A DNA stretch of 64,000 nucleotides from Styela clava (taxonomy: Eukaryota). Position numbers and translations under genes: made by a program. Shown in pieces: positions 39,101 to 52,500 of the stretch (position 1 is the first letter of the stretch; every line of letters starts with the position of its first letter). The notes beneath the pieces were generated by a model. The model did no database searches. It saw nothing but the letters and a program-made list of their open reading frames with translations, and was not told where the DNA came from. The DNA is taken from contig NC_135254.1 of NCBI RefSeq assembly GCF_964204865.1, forward strand, positions 11,098,001-11,162,000. The letters run 5' to 3'.

Positions 39101-42100
39101 GAAAATTCACATGCAAGAATGCGTATTTGCAAGCGTATAAATAACCGCAATTGTTCAAATATTGCGCTAAATTTTTTTATAGTTTTAAGGGTTTCATATT
39201 GGTGAAAACTTTTATGTGTTCAAATATCATTGCTTCCAAAAGTCCACTGGTGCAAAATCTAATGGTTGAAATGCTCGACGATGCAAACGTTTGTGGAAGA
39301 AAACTTACCGTGCAGATGATGACTACAAATGTACGCTTGCAATAAACGTGACTGCAAATGTCCTGACATCGATAGATCTTAGCTGTAGCCATATTTTTAG
39401 ACACCTTTTTACACGTAGCTATGTATCAGTGTGTCATGTTATTTAAACATTTTCAATCAGTTTTATAATCGATTCCAAACATTGTATTTGGCCAACTTGC
39501 ATATAATAAATAAATTAAAATTGAGTCGAGTAATATAAGATGGTTCAATTAAATAGTTACAAATGATCGAATTCATGAACTGCCAATACCAATATCTGTA
39601 GGCTACATACTTGACTTCTTTGAACAAATATATCTTTCCCTGCTCGCATAAAGTCAGCGGCATCAAAACAAGGTTCAAATTCCGTCGTTACAAATTTCCC
39701 TTGTTCTGCCAGCACACGTCGATCTTCAACGCTCTTAATTGGGTAACTCTGAAAAGAATTTCGTTGCTATTGGTATTGATTTCATATCAGAATGTTATCA
39801 TAGATTCAAATATAATAACATTACATGTTCATACATGACAAGCAAGATGTTACTTCATTCTGAAAAATCTATAAAAATCTGCAAACATAAAAATTTTCGC
39901 CACAAAAATGAGATTGTGATTATTGCTGGAGTATAATTTAGAAATAAGAAAATTAAACAAATTTTATTAAATAATCTCACTTACCTTGTCGTATAATTCA
40001 TCTTTCATTTCGGGTTTAGGCGCAGTTGTCCATTTCGCCCCTTTTCTGAAATAATCTTTGATTATTGAACGATATGCCCGGTACTCAAAAAATCTAGATC
40101 GCCAAGCCATCGGAGCTTCGATAATTTCATTTCCGACAACAATTAGAATATCTCGAGGCATTGCCGCGTAAAGTCCTGTATAGAAAAAGTGTATTTTTAT
40201 GTTTTATTCGTATGTAAAGTTAATCAATCAGGCAGATGAACCTAGTTTGTTATTTGAATACAAATCTTAGGAACGAAAGTCGATTTGGGTTCAATGACTC
40301 GAAGTCGCGTGATGAGGAGCGAAAAATAAGTAGATAAAACTTCTGTTCGAGCACGCCAGAGGTTCCCAACATGTAAAATAAATCACGTGATTACGTGGAG
40401 CAACATCAAATCATTTGTTATAAAATTACATCTCGTGTGCTCGCATCTAGCTCTTAATAAATATCTTATAGCGTTTGTCTTCATCTACTTCTCAATAGTC
40501 TGCCCTTGTTGCGTTACAATATCTATACTCAATTACACAAATAACCGGTGCATTTGAACATCCTATAATCTCGGTTTCAAAAGTACTTTTATAGCGACCT
40601 TTAATGATTTGCATTCATCAATAAAAATTCTTCGTCTATAATGAACAGCACACAGAAAGAAAATTTTTCATTCAGTTTTGTTTAACAATTATTTTTAATG
40701 TAGCATGAAGGTTTAGTTTGAAGACATGTTTCCAACATTTCGAGTCCATGTTTGATTATATATACCCGATTAACACAAACTCACCATTTGCTTTAAAATC
40801 AGGTGTTTCATATTCTTCAGACCAATCCAAAATATCTGGTCTTCGTACTACGACTCCTTCATGTCGTAAAATGTTACAAAATTCTTCAACTTCTGCAATA
40901 GCTTGTTTAACATGTTCTTGCGGGAAAGGTTCACCTCCGTTCGTTTCGTAAAATCCCCAATATTTCTGGTTAGTATTTGCCTAGTAATGAATGACATATT
41001 TGAAATTATGTCTATTTATAAATCATTTCAATTTTCCAAGATAGCATCATTTTTGTCTACACATCGATTTGTCCCAACCTCATTATGAGGTTATGCGAAC
41101 TTATGAAGGCTTATCCAGAATTAAAATATCCACAATTATTGTCGTTTCCCCAAAGTAAGCCAACAAAACGCTTCGGTTTAAGATTCCTTAATACGCCTCT
41201 TATACATGAGAAACCAAAATTGCTACGACAACAAAGTCGATTATATTTAATTTTGTCTCGCAGAAATGCATATGTGCTCTATATGAAAATTACATTTTGA
41301 ACGTCTTACCTTTACTTCGATTGAAAATGTTGGCACGCAGGCTCCTTCTGGTCTCCCAACAATCACTTCCTCAAGCGGATCCCATTCATTGTGAGACGAT
41401 ACCGGACAAGAATCTTTTGCTTCCTGCATTCAATTTATAAAATAACATCTATCATTTGTGTCTTCGAAAACATATATTCAAAGCGTCTTGTTATTATCTT
41501 CCATATCCGTATAAAAAACTTAATTGGAGAGGACTTTATCAACTTTCATCAAAAATGCTCAATTACATTTATCTATAAACTCTATCTACTGTATCACATA
41601 CCATTCTCACGAATCATAATATATTTTACTGATTACGCAAATTTTGGATATTTATACCCACTTTAACTTCGATTGGTTCATGATTTTGGTGTACGAGACG
41701 AATACATCTTCGGTTAAAAATCTTCTGCTGTGCAAAAAAAGTTATCTTGGATTAGATTCGAAAAATTGTAATCAATCGCCTAGCCCTGACATGGGAAAAC
41801 TACGATCCGCGGGCCCAATCCGACCCGATGGGTAATTCAATCGGGCCCGCCTGATGCTGCCACAACCAAACTAAAACCAAACTTTGTGGAAACAGCTCAA
41901 GGAATTTGTTGAGATTAAATTTAGTTTTTGTACGAGGCTAAGTGTTTTCCACTTTTACTTTTTGCAACACTGTAAATTTTCTTCACAAATTGTAACCTTT
42001 TATGTCACACATGTCCCGCCAGTCTGGATGGGCAAAATTTCTGTCTCCCTTGTCAAAAGCCCTTGCCCACCTCTGGCCTAGCCGGTTCCAATCACACATA

Positions 42101-42372
42101 CAAGACGGGTAGACGAAGGTAAAAATAGATGGGCATTATTCGCTCTATCAGATTGCTTGAGTAGCTGCATAAAATACCTCGAGGTAACAACACCATGACA
42201 AAATGCAACAAAAATAAATATTTTCATGTTATAATAAGTAGATGTAAAATTTCAAAACTACTTGATCAAACAGTGCAAAAAAGTATCAACAAAGTAACAT
42301 ATCCAAGCAGAGATTAAAATATCGCAAACATAAAAATATTACCAATGAATTTCTTAGAATTACAGAGATCAT
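36139..42372 (-). CDS. GATM: Glycine amidinotransferase (L-arginine:glycine amidinotransferase), mitochondrial
   Basis: About 10 exons. Motifs [107 protein letters not shown]. Putative presequence [21 protein letters not shown] from exons 42343-42372 and 41662-41727; the start is less certain than the rest. Confidence 0.95.
36690..36953 (+). mobile_element. Helentron/DINE-like non-autonomous element, family C copy 2 (GATM intron)
   Basis: 5' hairpin acttattgatcttaagatcggtaagt, (GTAT/GTCT/GT)n microsatellite, 3' gatcgataagt plus stem-loop tcggtctccgaccga, T-rich insertion site. Confidence 0.78.
41786..42075. mobile_element. hAT-type MITE with perfect 8-bp TSD, GATM intron 1
   Basis: TSD gcctagcc at 41778-41785 and 42076-42083; termini ctgacatgggaaaa ... 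cttgcccacctctg. Confidence 0.8.
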
Positions 42373-43259
42373 TTCCGCGTTGATTTGAAATCTTTTTTGA
42401 TGGCTTGAATATTACTTTTTATACAAATCAATTTGTTATTCTGAATAGACTATATAAATTGAATTAAAATCCCACCACAAAATTCTCATGTGATGTTGAC
42501 CCAGTTCAGATTTACCAATACCATTTTAAAGCTGTTCCCAGGGTAACACCGTAGAAAGAGCAAGAAATGGCAAGAAATCAAACCATATCCGTCCACCGTT
42601 GTTTTCAAATTTTTCCTGCTATTTCTTTTCTGCACTCGGTATTAAACTACGTTCAATATCAGACTTTGCATCTGTCAAACCAAAAACCTGACAACTGTCC
42701 GTCTGAACCAGTGTCTCTTAACCTGGGTTCAATCGAACCTCTGGGTTTCGGTGGAGCTGTTCCATGGGTCTGACAGAGGTCCGCTGAAATATTGGTATAT
42801 CAGCTTTCAAACTCCCACGTATAAACAACTCATAAAATAGCTTAACTACGTGTTATTTCGCCCATATATAACCATTGACTGTTATAGTCTACTACGTGTA
42901 TAGTCCAACAGTCATTAGGAACTCGTATCGTCATTCGTCACAGATGTTGCACAGACGTTTTGGTGTAATACTCGTACGCTAGCGTTTTAGCTGTTGTCTT
43001 CTAGAAGTGAGTATACCGATATGAATATGACATCAGCGCTTGTTTAAATTTTACTGAATTCCCAATAACGAATATTACAGTGTGTTGCTTAAAATTATCA
43101 TCTCACGTTCTGGACAACTTTAATAGGGGTATTTATAATTTGTTTATTTTTATAAAAAGATGGGTAAATACTTTTATCCACATCTCGCAGTTTGAATGTT
43201 GATAAATAAATGGATTGAGCCAATAACATTTTCAATCAATCAAAGACTTTTTGTTAACG

Positions 43260-43324
43260 TCATTGTGGCGTAACGATGATTTTTCGAACACAGTGTAGGG
43301 GGATCTAAGGTTACGCCACAATGA
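43260..43324. repeat. 15-bp perfect inverted repeat with 35-nt spacer
   Basis: tcattgtggcgtaac (43260-43274) and gttacgccacaatga (43310-43324). Confidence 0.75.
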
Positions 43325-43441
43325 TTAATTTTAATCTTCTAGACAAAAAATTTTCGAAGTTTTTGCTGTAGAAGTTGTACGGGTCGAAAAAAACTTCGAA
43401 AAAAACGGGTCGAAAAATAAAATCGCAATTCCCGAAGCTAA

Positions 43442-43870
43442 AAGTATATGAACTCAACTTCCGATATCATACTACAAACGAAGTAAATTTGTCTATAATA
43501 TAGTACAAAATATTGTTGCAAATTGAATGCCGAGAATTACAAAGAGTAATTTGGAGTTTTATTTTGTATTCTATCTGCAAATTTATCTTGTAAGGAAACA
43601 AATGCAATTTAAAAAAAATATATTCAAACTATCATCTTTATTAAAACTAGTGTCGGAAATATTCTACGCTTGCAAATATACAAAATATACGCTTCAAAAA
43701 TATGCTTCAAAATACGTTTACAGTTATATAAAGCGCAATTTTTCATATATACTCATGTGAACTCAACATGTGAACAGTATATGAACTCAACTTCCGATAT
43801 CATACTACAAACGAAGTAGACTTGTCTATAACATAGTACAAAATATTGTTGCAAATTGAATGCCGAGAAT
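43442..43870. repeat. About 95-bp near-identical direct repeat pair
   Basis: agtatatgaactcaacttccgatatcatactacaaacgaagta...aattgaatgccgagaat at about 43442-43537 and 43776-43870. Confidence 0.85.
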
Positions 43871-45697
43871 ACTCATATTCTCAAATATATGTTATGTGAT
43901 ATTATTCAATTGTTCCTGGTGATGCACAGGAAATGCTTAATATTTGGAGCCGAAAGACCGCTACATGCCCTTGCATACCCGCCATCGTTGGCAGTGAAAA
44001 TGATATTTCTTCGAAATTTAGCGTCTGGTATTGTACTAATTCTGAACTATTATTTTTTTCAGTATATAGATTCAATGTTACTCGATCTACGCGGAAATAT
44101 TTTTACTATTTGAAAAATATGTTAAATTTACACCTGAGAGACTGATTTTCCACCTTATAATGAAAGTGGTGAAGTGACACTATGATGGCGCGGCCAATAA
44201 ATTATTATCATTATTACGTTGTTGTGTAAAGGCAGATGGGAGTGGTCCAATCCTCAGCTCGATCTCTATCACATCCTCTTTATGAGATGACCTGATCTTC
44301 ACTCGCAGTAACGAATACAAATATATCTGACTTCACCGGCACACAATTGATATATTATTGCCAACTTGATCGTCAAAATTAGTACAGTATCTTACGGATA
44401 TATACTGTTACTTTCAGTCTTGCGTAATCTCCCTTTCTTTTTTAATACAAAACCGTGACGTATACATATATATAAGAAAGTGGGTCTCTGAGTTATGTAC
44501 TATCAAGCATGGCAGGAGATCTAATCTTGATTGTCCTATCACAACAATATGTTTTGTCCCGGGGCTACGACCAGCTACGTGTATAACGCACAGCCGCTAA
44601 GAATTGTTACGACCAAGTCGTTTTGTCCTAAATCAAAGAAACTGACCTAAATCCGATTTCAGCTAATAATAATTATTTACCCGAATTACCTACATTGAAT
44701 AAACTTGATATATCATTATCCCTACAACACTCTAGATGATTTTACACAATTTATTTGATTGGTTGCAATAGAGTTACTAATTTGCCAAATATCCTAACCT
44801 GTAGCACGCGAACAAAAAGAGAAGACAAATTCGCTTTTAAATTAGCAGTACATACAATTGCGTGGATGTAATAACAAATAAATGCTATTGTATGTAGTTT
44901 ATTATACGTACTTCGTAAAGTTAGGGTGTAATTTAAATATTTTTTAGAAATTAACGAAAACGAACAATATCATTTTTACCTTTCTATGTTGATCTTATCC
45001 ATGCCTGCAACCCTTTCTGCTAATAGCTGAGTACCAGCGAGAAAATTTATACAGTATATTATACAAACATTTCTTTTTAGAAACCTAATCTTCGAAACAG
45101 GATAACCTTCTGAAGCATAAGTATATATTTATATATACAGTATATATTTAGTGAGAGTGTTATTGCAAGGTTAGAAGAGTATCGACCGAGTTATATTAGA
45201 ATGCATATCCATTCCATCTTGCTGGAATTTTCAATATCGAGTTATATTATCTACGTCTTTTCCCTCTCTGAGTTAGAATACTTACCACAATGCAATCATC
45301 ACAATCAATTTTTATCTAAGACTACCTACCTCCTTGCTTAAAATGGAAATAACTTGAAGATATACAGAACACCTTTTATATACAAACCAGTATATTTCAA
45401 AATTGATAAGCTGTATCCCTGAGATGGCAAACCTTTTTACCCAATGAGTCGCAATATATAATAATCACAAAAAAAAAGAATATTGTTAGTAATGTTCCCA
45501 TCTATGAGAAACCTGCTATGAAATCTATTTTGCAAGTTTTATAATCATTGTCGGGCATTGTGTATTTTGGAGTTTATGTATCAGTGTGCATATAATCAAA
45601 CTATCATCTTTATTAAAACCAATGTCAGAAATATTTCACACTGCATGCTGCATGCGCGGTTACTAGTACTCGATTTTGTGAAATTTATATATGTTTA

Positions 45698-45904
45698 GGT
45701 TCCATTACATTTGAACCCGTAATTTGAACCCACGACAAATGCACCTGCATACTATTGCACCTATGAAAATTTGCACCAACGGATATTTGAACCCATACTA
45801 ACCCTAACCCATGGATTTTAGCCCCCACATATAGATTTAACCCGCGGATATACGGGTGCAAATGTATGGGTTCAAATGTACGTGGGTTCAAATGTGCTGT
45901 CACC
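45698..45904. mobile_element. MITE family B copy 2 (opposite orientation)
   Basis: Reverse-complement homologue of 19205-19408; iterated atttgaaccc / gggttcaaat; internal ctaaccctaaccc. Confidence 0.8.
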
Positions 45905-46565
45905 GCGTGAATATGAAAAATCAAAAAGCTTCAACAGCGTTACATGATTTTTGATAAATATTTAGAGCACATTTGAATTTCAATATGAGAGAGTTTATCA
46001 CCGTAATGCGAAGTGCCGATGCGTTTGTTTGCAATAACGCGTGACTTGAGACTTGACGAGTCCCTGAATGAAAAGCATGACGGGACGCATGGGGACCAGA
46101 GAGTCTTTGGTTTGACATTTCAACTATATATATATATAAATAAAATAGGCTTGAAGGAAATAAATATTCCCCACACAGACGTAACGACAAAAAAAAAACG
46201 ATTATATCCACCCAATGCATTGCACTACATGTGCAGCACTTTATCATAAAAGCTTAAATCTTATATTTTCATTCATTTAGCTTTCTTTTGACAGTAGTTT
46301 CAGTTCGAATGATTGAAAATGACTGTAAACTGATTTTTCTTCACTAAACGTTAAATATTTGTTTTGTTTTACGCGCGATACTATCTCGGAGGTTCAAAAT
46401 CGTTGAATACAACAGTCGAAAAAATCGGGACTGTTATGAAGAGATTTACAGAATAATACTTGCGTATTTTTTTTCCAAAAATCCTTTTGATTTGAGACTG
46501 CACTTTTTAAACCTTCTGAATAAAAATAAAATGGTTTCAATCAACCGGATTTATTTATGTGGAAA

Positions 46566-49500
46566 TTAGGAGCCTGAATTGACAAAGGGACATTCGAAAC
46601 CAGCTCGACATAATTGCATTTCGATTCTGGTATAGTTGGCAAATGTGCCTGATTCACCAAACCAGGTAACGCCGTTGCCTTTGTGGTAAGGCCCATTCAA
46701 ACTGCAATCATCATCTTCATTTAACCACCACCAAAACGACCATCCACTGTTGTAATTTCCAGATCCTGTCGAATTAGTGAATTTCTTGGACTTCATGACA
46801 TCTGCATTACCTGTAAAATTGCTATTGAGGTTGTCGTAATCTCTAATTTCAATGGCGTTTTCATCATCTGTGCTCGATTGAGCTTTTATAAAGAATTTTC
46901 TGAAAATAAAAATTCAGTAAACTGTTCATTTTCAAAATTTGTGCAATGTATACTGTTTTGATTTAAAAGTAATAATATACAACGACCCTAAAATCGTCCT
47001 ATAGCAATTTATTCTATTCGAGCCACCGTGCAGATGACATGACATTCAAATTCATAAATTTAGCCATACATTTCGCATTAACCAATTTCGATTGAAAGGG
47101 GGTAACTTACTTTTGCAAAATATCATATATTTTTGTCATATTTTGCAAATGAGCCCTAAAATAATCTTTGATGTATAGGTAAACATTGTGATTTTATCAT
47201 TGATGGCATTCGTTTATTTTATATTAATTAAAGTTGTCAGTAATAGAAAATTTTTTTATGGTTCATTCGATAGCTTTTGAAAGATAATAAAAATAAAAAT
47301 AAAATATTCGCACTCACTTATAAACCAGAATGTATTGTTTCCCGTATTTTGTCGTCATTTTTATCAATAGTTTGCCGTCTCCCTGAGATGTATGGATTAA
47401 TCTCTTCATTTTTTGTAAACCTATAGTTATTGAAAGTAGCAAACAGTTATTGAAAGGTTGCATTGTGAAATCGTTCTGAGTTCTTCACCTCACGCCAACA
47501 GAATATTACAATATTGCATAATCTCTTTCGCATCACAACGATTAGGGCTAATATTGAACTGCTAAACTTTCTATTCCATGCGTGTTGTAAGTGAAAAAGG
47601 TAAATTTATTCCTAGATCAGAAGACATAAATTGAAGTGTGGTGCAACTTCAGCGTACGTTCTTGAAAGCTCACTCACCAAGCCAAAAGCTTCCGTTTTTC
47701 AAGTCACCGAATCCTGTTTTATAATCAGATAAGGGTCGACTGAAGTTGGCTCCGGTGTCCGCTGCTACACGTCGTTGGAATACCTGTTATTAATTATATT
47801 ATTAACCTTTCCTCTCGATGTAAGTATTTAAGACCATGTCTTGTCTAATGCACGCAATATTACCCAACCATTCTTTATCATTTGTTCTTTGCAGATATCG
47901 ATATGCAAGTTAAACTTGTTTGGTACTCCCCAAGTATGTGAACCAAGATGGCGGACACAGGAACGTAGTATGTGTACCAGGTTAGGGTTAGACCATAATT
48001 TCATGTACAAATACTACGGGAATCACTTGGCTAGTCCCCGAACTCGTAATAGAACTAAAATAGGGAAAATTGTCATAAAATTATGGCCTAACCCTAACCT
48101 TGGTACACATACTACCTTCCAGTGTCTGCCATCTATGTCCACATACTTTTGGCATTGCTTTTTATTACATTTCATTTTAGATAATCAGTTTACAGACTCA
48201 TATTATAATGAATTCATCAACAGGTTGTATCTGGCGTATCCATTCGATATTTCACTTCGTTGTCAGTAAGATATTCAAAATCTTTACAGAAAAATGGGAC
48301 ATAAGTTATTAAGATAAGAGTATTTTTTAATAATGTTTCGACTTACTATCCAGTTATCAGTGCAGTCGACATCGTTGTAACAACTGCAAATCACTCCAAA
48401 GCCCGGACTATTCTCGTCTGGCTGAAGATGTGCTAATATGTCGATGCCGCTATTGTAACCAGTACATGCTTCTTTGCAGGTTTTAACTGAAACAAAAGCA
48501 CATTTATATATATTGGACAAATATCACCTTAAAATTAGTGACAATTATTCTGAATTAATAAACCAATAAAAGAGATCAACAATGACCCGAGTATTATATT
48601 CAATCTCATATATGTGAAGATCATGGACAATTCTCATTCGTGAGTAACATCATCATGTTAACAATCATGTTAAAAGAATATTTGCTGAAATGTTCCATTT
48701 AGCAAATCGACTTTGAATCTACAACAATAATTATTTTATTATAAAGCATAAATACCCTCCACAGACGCCGGAAATAACTTCATTTCAACCACACTTAAGT
48801 CAGTTTCATTTCCCCAGGAGATACAATGCGGTCCTTTCACAAAAAAAAAGTTTTTTAATTTAATTGACAAAAGTACTTTTTATGATGTAAAATTTCGTAT
48901 TCAAAATAAAAATAAATGAATCGTATTAGTTTTTATTCACTCATATTAAACGTAGCTATAAATGTTAAATTATTTCCTACTTAGACTGGACGATTGCGAT
49001 AACACAATGCTCCCTCCCTTCTTTCGTTAAAATATACTTCTAGTTTTGTGGTCACATTGGTAGTATCTAGATTTTAGATTAGTGGTTCCCAAACGATTGT
49101 ATCATTTTGTAATTGTTTTATCTAAATGTAATATATTTTTCAAACCTTTTAAAGTGAAAGTGAATATTCACGTAGTAAACGACGATTTACTGAAAGTGGT
49201 TTTGGTAAATTATTTTTTTTGTTTTCAATTTGACCCAATTATGGATACACCTCAAGCTAGCAAAAAAATAATTGAAAAAAAAAACTTCAGGAATTAAATG
49301 TAATGCAAAGTACATGAAGAAGGTGACAGTTTTGATGAAAAATGGGAGTTGCAATATTTCTGCATTTCTCAAAATTCTAAAGCACATTCCATCAGTGCAC
49401 TGAAAGAATACAATACAAGTCGACATTATCAGAATAAGCCAAGCAGTCATTATGACAAATTTAAAGATCAAGTTCGAACAGAAAATTTAATGTGTTTGTA

Positions 49501-52500
49501 TATTATTATATTTATACAACTACCTAGTTACGAAAAATTAATATATATCAATCATAACTCAAGCGGTCCTATACCACGTAATGGTAAGAAATGTCAAGAA
49601 ACGCGGCGAGAAATGTCTGGTCCGAAAAGTCAATCATTTGTTTGTTTACTGATCTATACATGAAATGATGAACGTAATATTTTTGCATTACTGAAATTAT
49701 TCAAACATTCTCAACGATCCAGATTAACCGATGATCATGTGACCTCGTTAATTAGAGTTGGTACTATAAAATCATTTCAACTTGATATTGATAAGCTGGA
49801 GACACAAAAGAGATGCCAAACGCCAGGACATATGTGATAGGAAAAAAATATTGATTTTATTTTGTAGTATTTTTATAAATTTTCAGTTTTACATATTTAG
49901 CTTAGGTCATTTTTAGTGTATGTATTATTCTTTCCTTATCAAAACTTTGTTCAAAAATGTTTCGGAAAGTTGACAAAAAAATTGTGATTTTTTGTAATAA
50001 ATACAGTAAATTGCAATAATAGTGAAATGTAAAAATTAGTATGTAAATGGCATTTGAAATTTAAGAACAGAACAAAACTTTATTCGGCTGTTTAATTGCA
50101 TCACAGTATATGTCACAAACCACATCTATCTGAAATACGCTTCAAGTAAACATTAATAATATATATCAAAAACTGTTTGCGGCCCTTTGCACTTACCAAA
50201 ATGCAATGCGGCCCTCGAAAACCCACGAGTTAGGCCCCCCCTGTTCTAGATAGCACATGTAACTTACTATACCTTGGTCGTCGTAAACACCGTTCAAGTT
50301 TGACAATGAACTTGAATCAGTACTGTCAGTAGGAACAAACCACCAACCAGATGAATAGTTTTTGTTAAAATTAATTTTAAACACTGGGTTCTTATTTGTC
50401 TGAGATGTTAAGTAGTTTCTCATAGAAGAGTTTTCATCTTTTTGTCCGACAACAAGGCGGTATTCATTGGTTGCATTGTATACTCTCACATACCTGAAAT
50501 ACAACAAAGGTGTGATGATTCTACCAAACAAGTATGCAAAGCTTAAATAAATGGAAATTATAAACCACAGTACCGGTAGCGTACGCAACTCACGCGAAAA
50601 TGTGTCTGATCACGGAGTTCGCAAATTCAAAACGGAGGACAGCCTTAACGCTGGCTGTCCTGCTTGGCGGAATTAAAACGGTGTTGCCATGAATAGAAAT
50701 AAAATAGCCAGATTTTGAGGGAATTATTAGATCACACGGGATTCATTGAAAAGTTGAGAACAAATTAAAATCATAGTCTTCTAGCGACAACAACAATCTT
50801 TAAATCCTTAAAATTTTCAAAGCAATTGATTTAGTAGTTGGAAAGGAAAGCGATTTTTCACAGCAACAACAATAACAACAAGAAGAAAAAGAAAAGAATG
50901 CTAACAACAACAACATAATAATAAAAAACGATCCATGGGTCTACTTCGTTTCCAATGACTACTTTAAAACTGGCACAAAGTCATAAACTAACAACAAAGC
51001 ACATCAACAACTCACTTGAACCGGATGTACCGATGATGAACATCTGTAGAACTTCTCTTGAATTCAATTTGCAGTTTAGCAGGTGAACCATGAGGTAAAT
51101 AGTTGGTTAATTGGTGAATCTTTTTGAGGCCTAACAAAGGAAAAATAATGTATCATAAAAAATAAATAATATATTACCATGTCATTCGATTTGAATTCAA
51201 AAAACAATTGCAATGTTGCAATTGAAATTTATTTTCATAAAAGTTCGTACTTGATGCACCGAGAAAACAAAGCACAATTAATATGTTCACCGAGTTGCAA
51301 AACAAGGGGCAAAAATTAATCATACATCTATTAAAACTAATTTATTCATTGCTACGTAAATTCAACTTGAATAATGCGTTTTGCAAAATTTCGCAAAATT
51401 TTACTTCATGCTTTTCCTTTTTTTACCTCTTTTTATTTTATAAACTTACCAAGCCAATAACTCATTGAGTTTACACCAGATGTGAACCCACGCTCATATT
51501 CTCTGAAGGTTTTATTGAAGTCGTCACTGTCATTGACTCTACGTTGTATTATCTGTTAATAATGAATAATTTTGAAATTATAATTAGGTACGGAGACGGA
51601 GTTCAATATAAAAAAGAGATCACAGTTTTCAAATAGAAATGTTTTTACTGGTATAATATAAATAACAACAGTAGTTCTGTACTTGACCAAACTAATAATA
51701 CATGATTAATATATACTTGTCTGCGATACTTACCACCCAACCGTATGTACTCTGTAAATTAGGCGATGCCTGCGTACAGTCACAGTAAAGTTTTTGGTAC
51801 TCGCCTGAAAAATATGTATCCGTAAATTTTATACTGTTTGCCTGCGCATACTTTTATTTATTGTTTTAGGATTTCTCTCGGTCTCAGGGGACCCTACTTA
51901 CGGCCTTCACGTCAATATATTTACATCGAATACTGTTGCTTGGAAAACACCAAGAACTACTTCTATAGGATACTCCAGTATATATAGATTACAAATTTTG
52001 CTACTCATGTAGTATGTGAACCAAGGTGGCTGACACCGGAACGTAGTATGTGTACCAGATTAGAGTTAGGCCATAATTTCAGGTACAAATAACACGGGAG
52101 TCAATTGGCTAGTCCCCGGACTCTTGATAGAACTAACTATAGATAATATTGAGGAAAATTGGAACGAAATTATGTCCTAACCCGAACCTGGTACACATAC
52201 TACGTTTTGATGTCCGCCATCTTGGCTCACATACTACGGGAGCGCTCACATTTTTGAAAAATAATGACACTACGATAACGCAACAAACCTTCAATGAGGA
52301 TTTTGGCAATAATGCCATCTTGTGGAAAGCCATCGGACATGTAAGGCACAGACAAACCGCAAGCATCGATACAATTGGCCGCAAGGGGACCTGAATTTAA
52401 ATAAATATTTTGTTTTGAAATGTTGTCAAATTTTTAAGCATGTTATTTGCTATATACAATTATTAATGATCATGTGTGATACAGATGAAGCAGATTGTCA

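Noticed and set aside
48980-49067. Possible terminal exon DTTNVTTKLEVYF...RPV* for FReD2
   Set aside because: Exon 48756-48833 (GPHCISWGNETDLSVVEMKLFP) fits the FReD C-terminus much better and has proper splice sites.
51810-52245. Apparent disruption of FReD2 by the MITE at 52000
   Set aside because: Exons 52289-52390 and 51734-51804 splice in frame around it, so the MITE is intronic.
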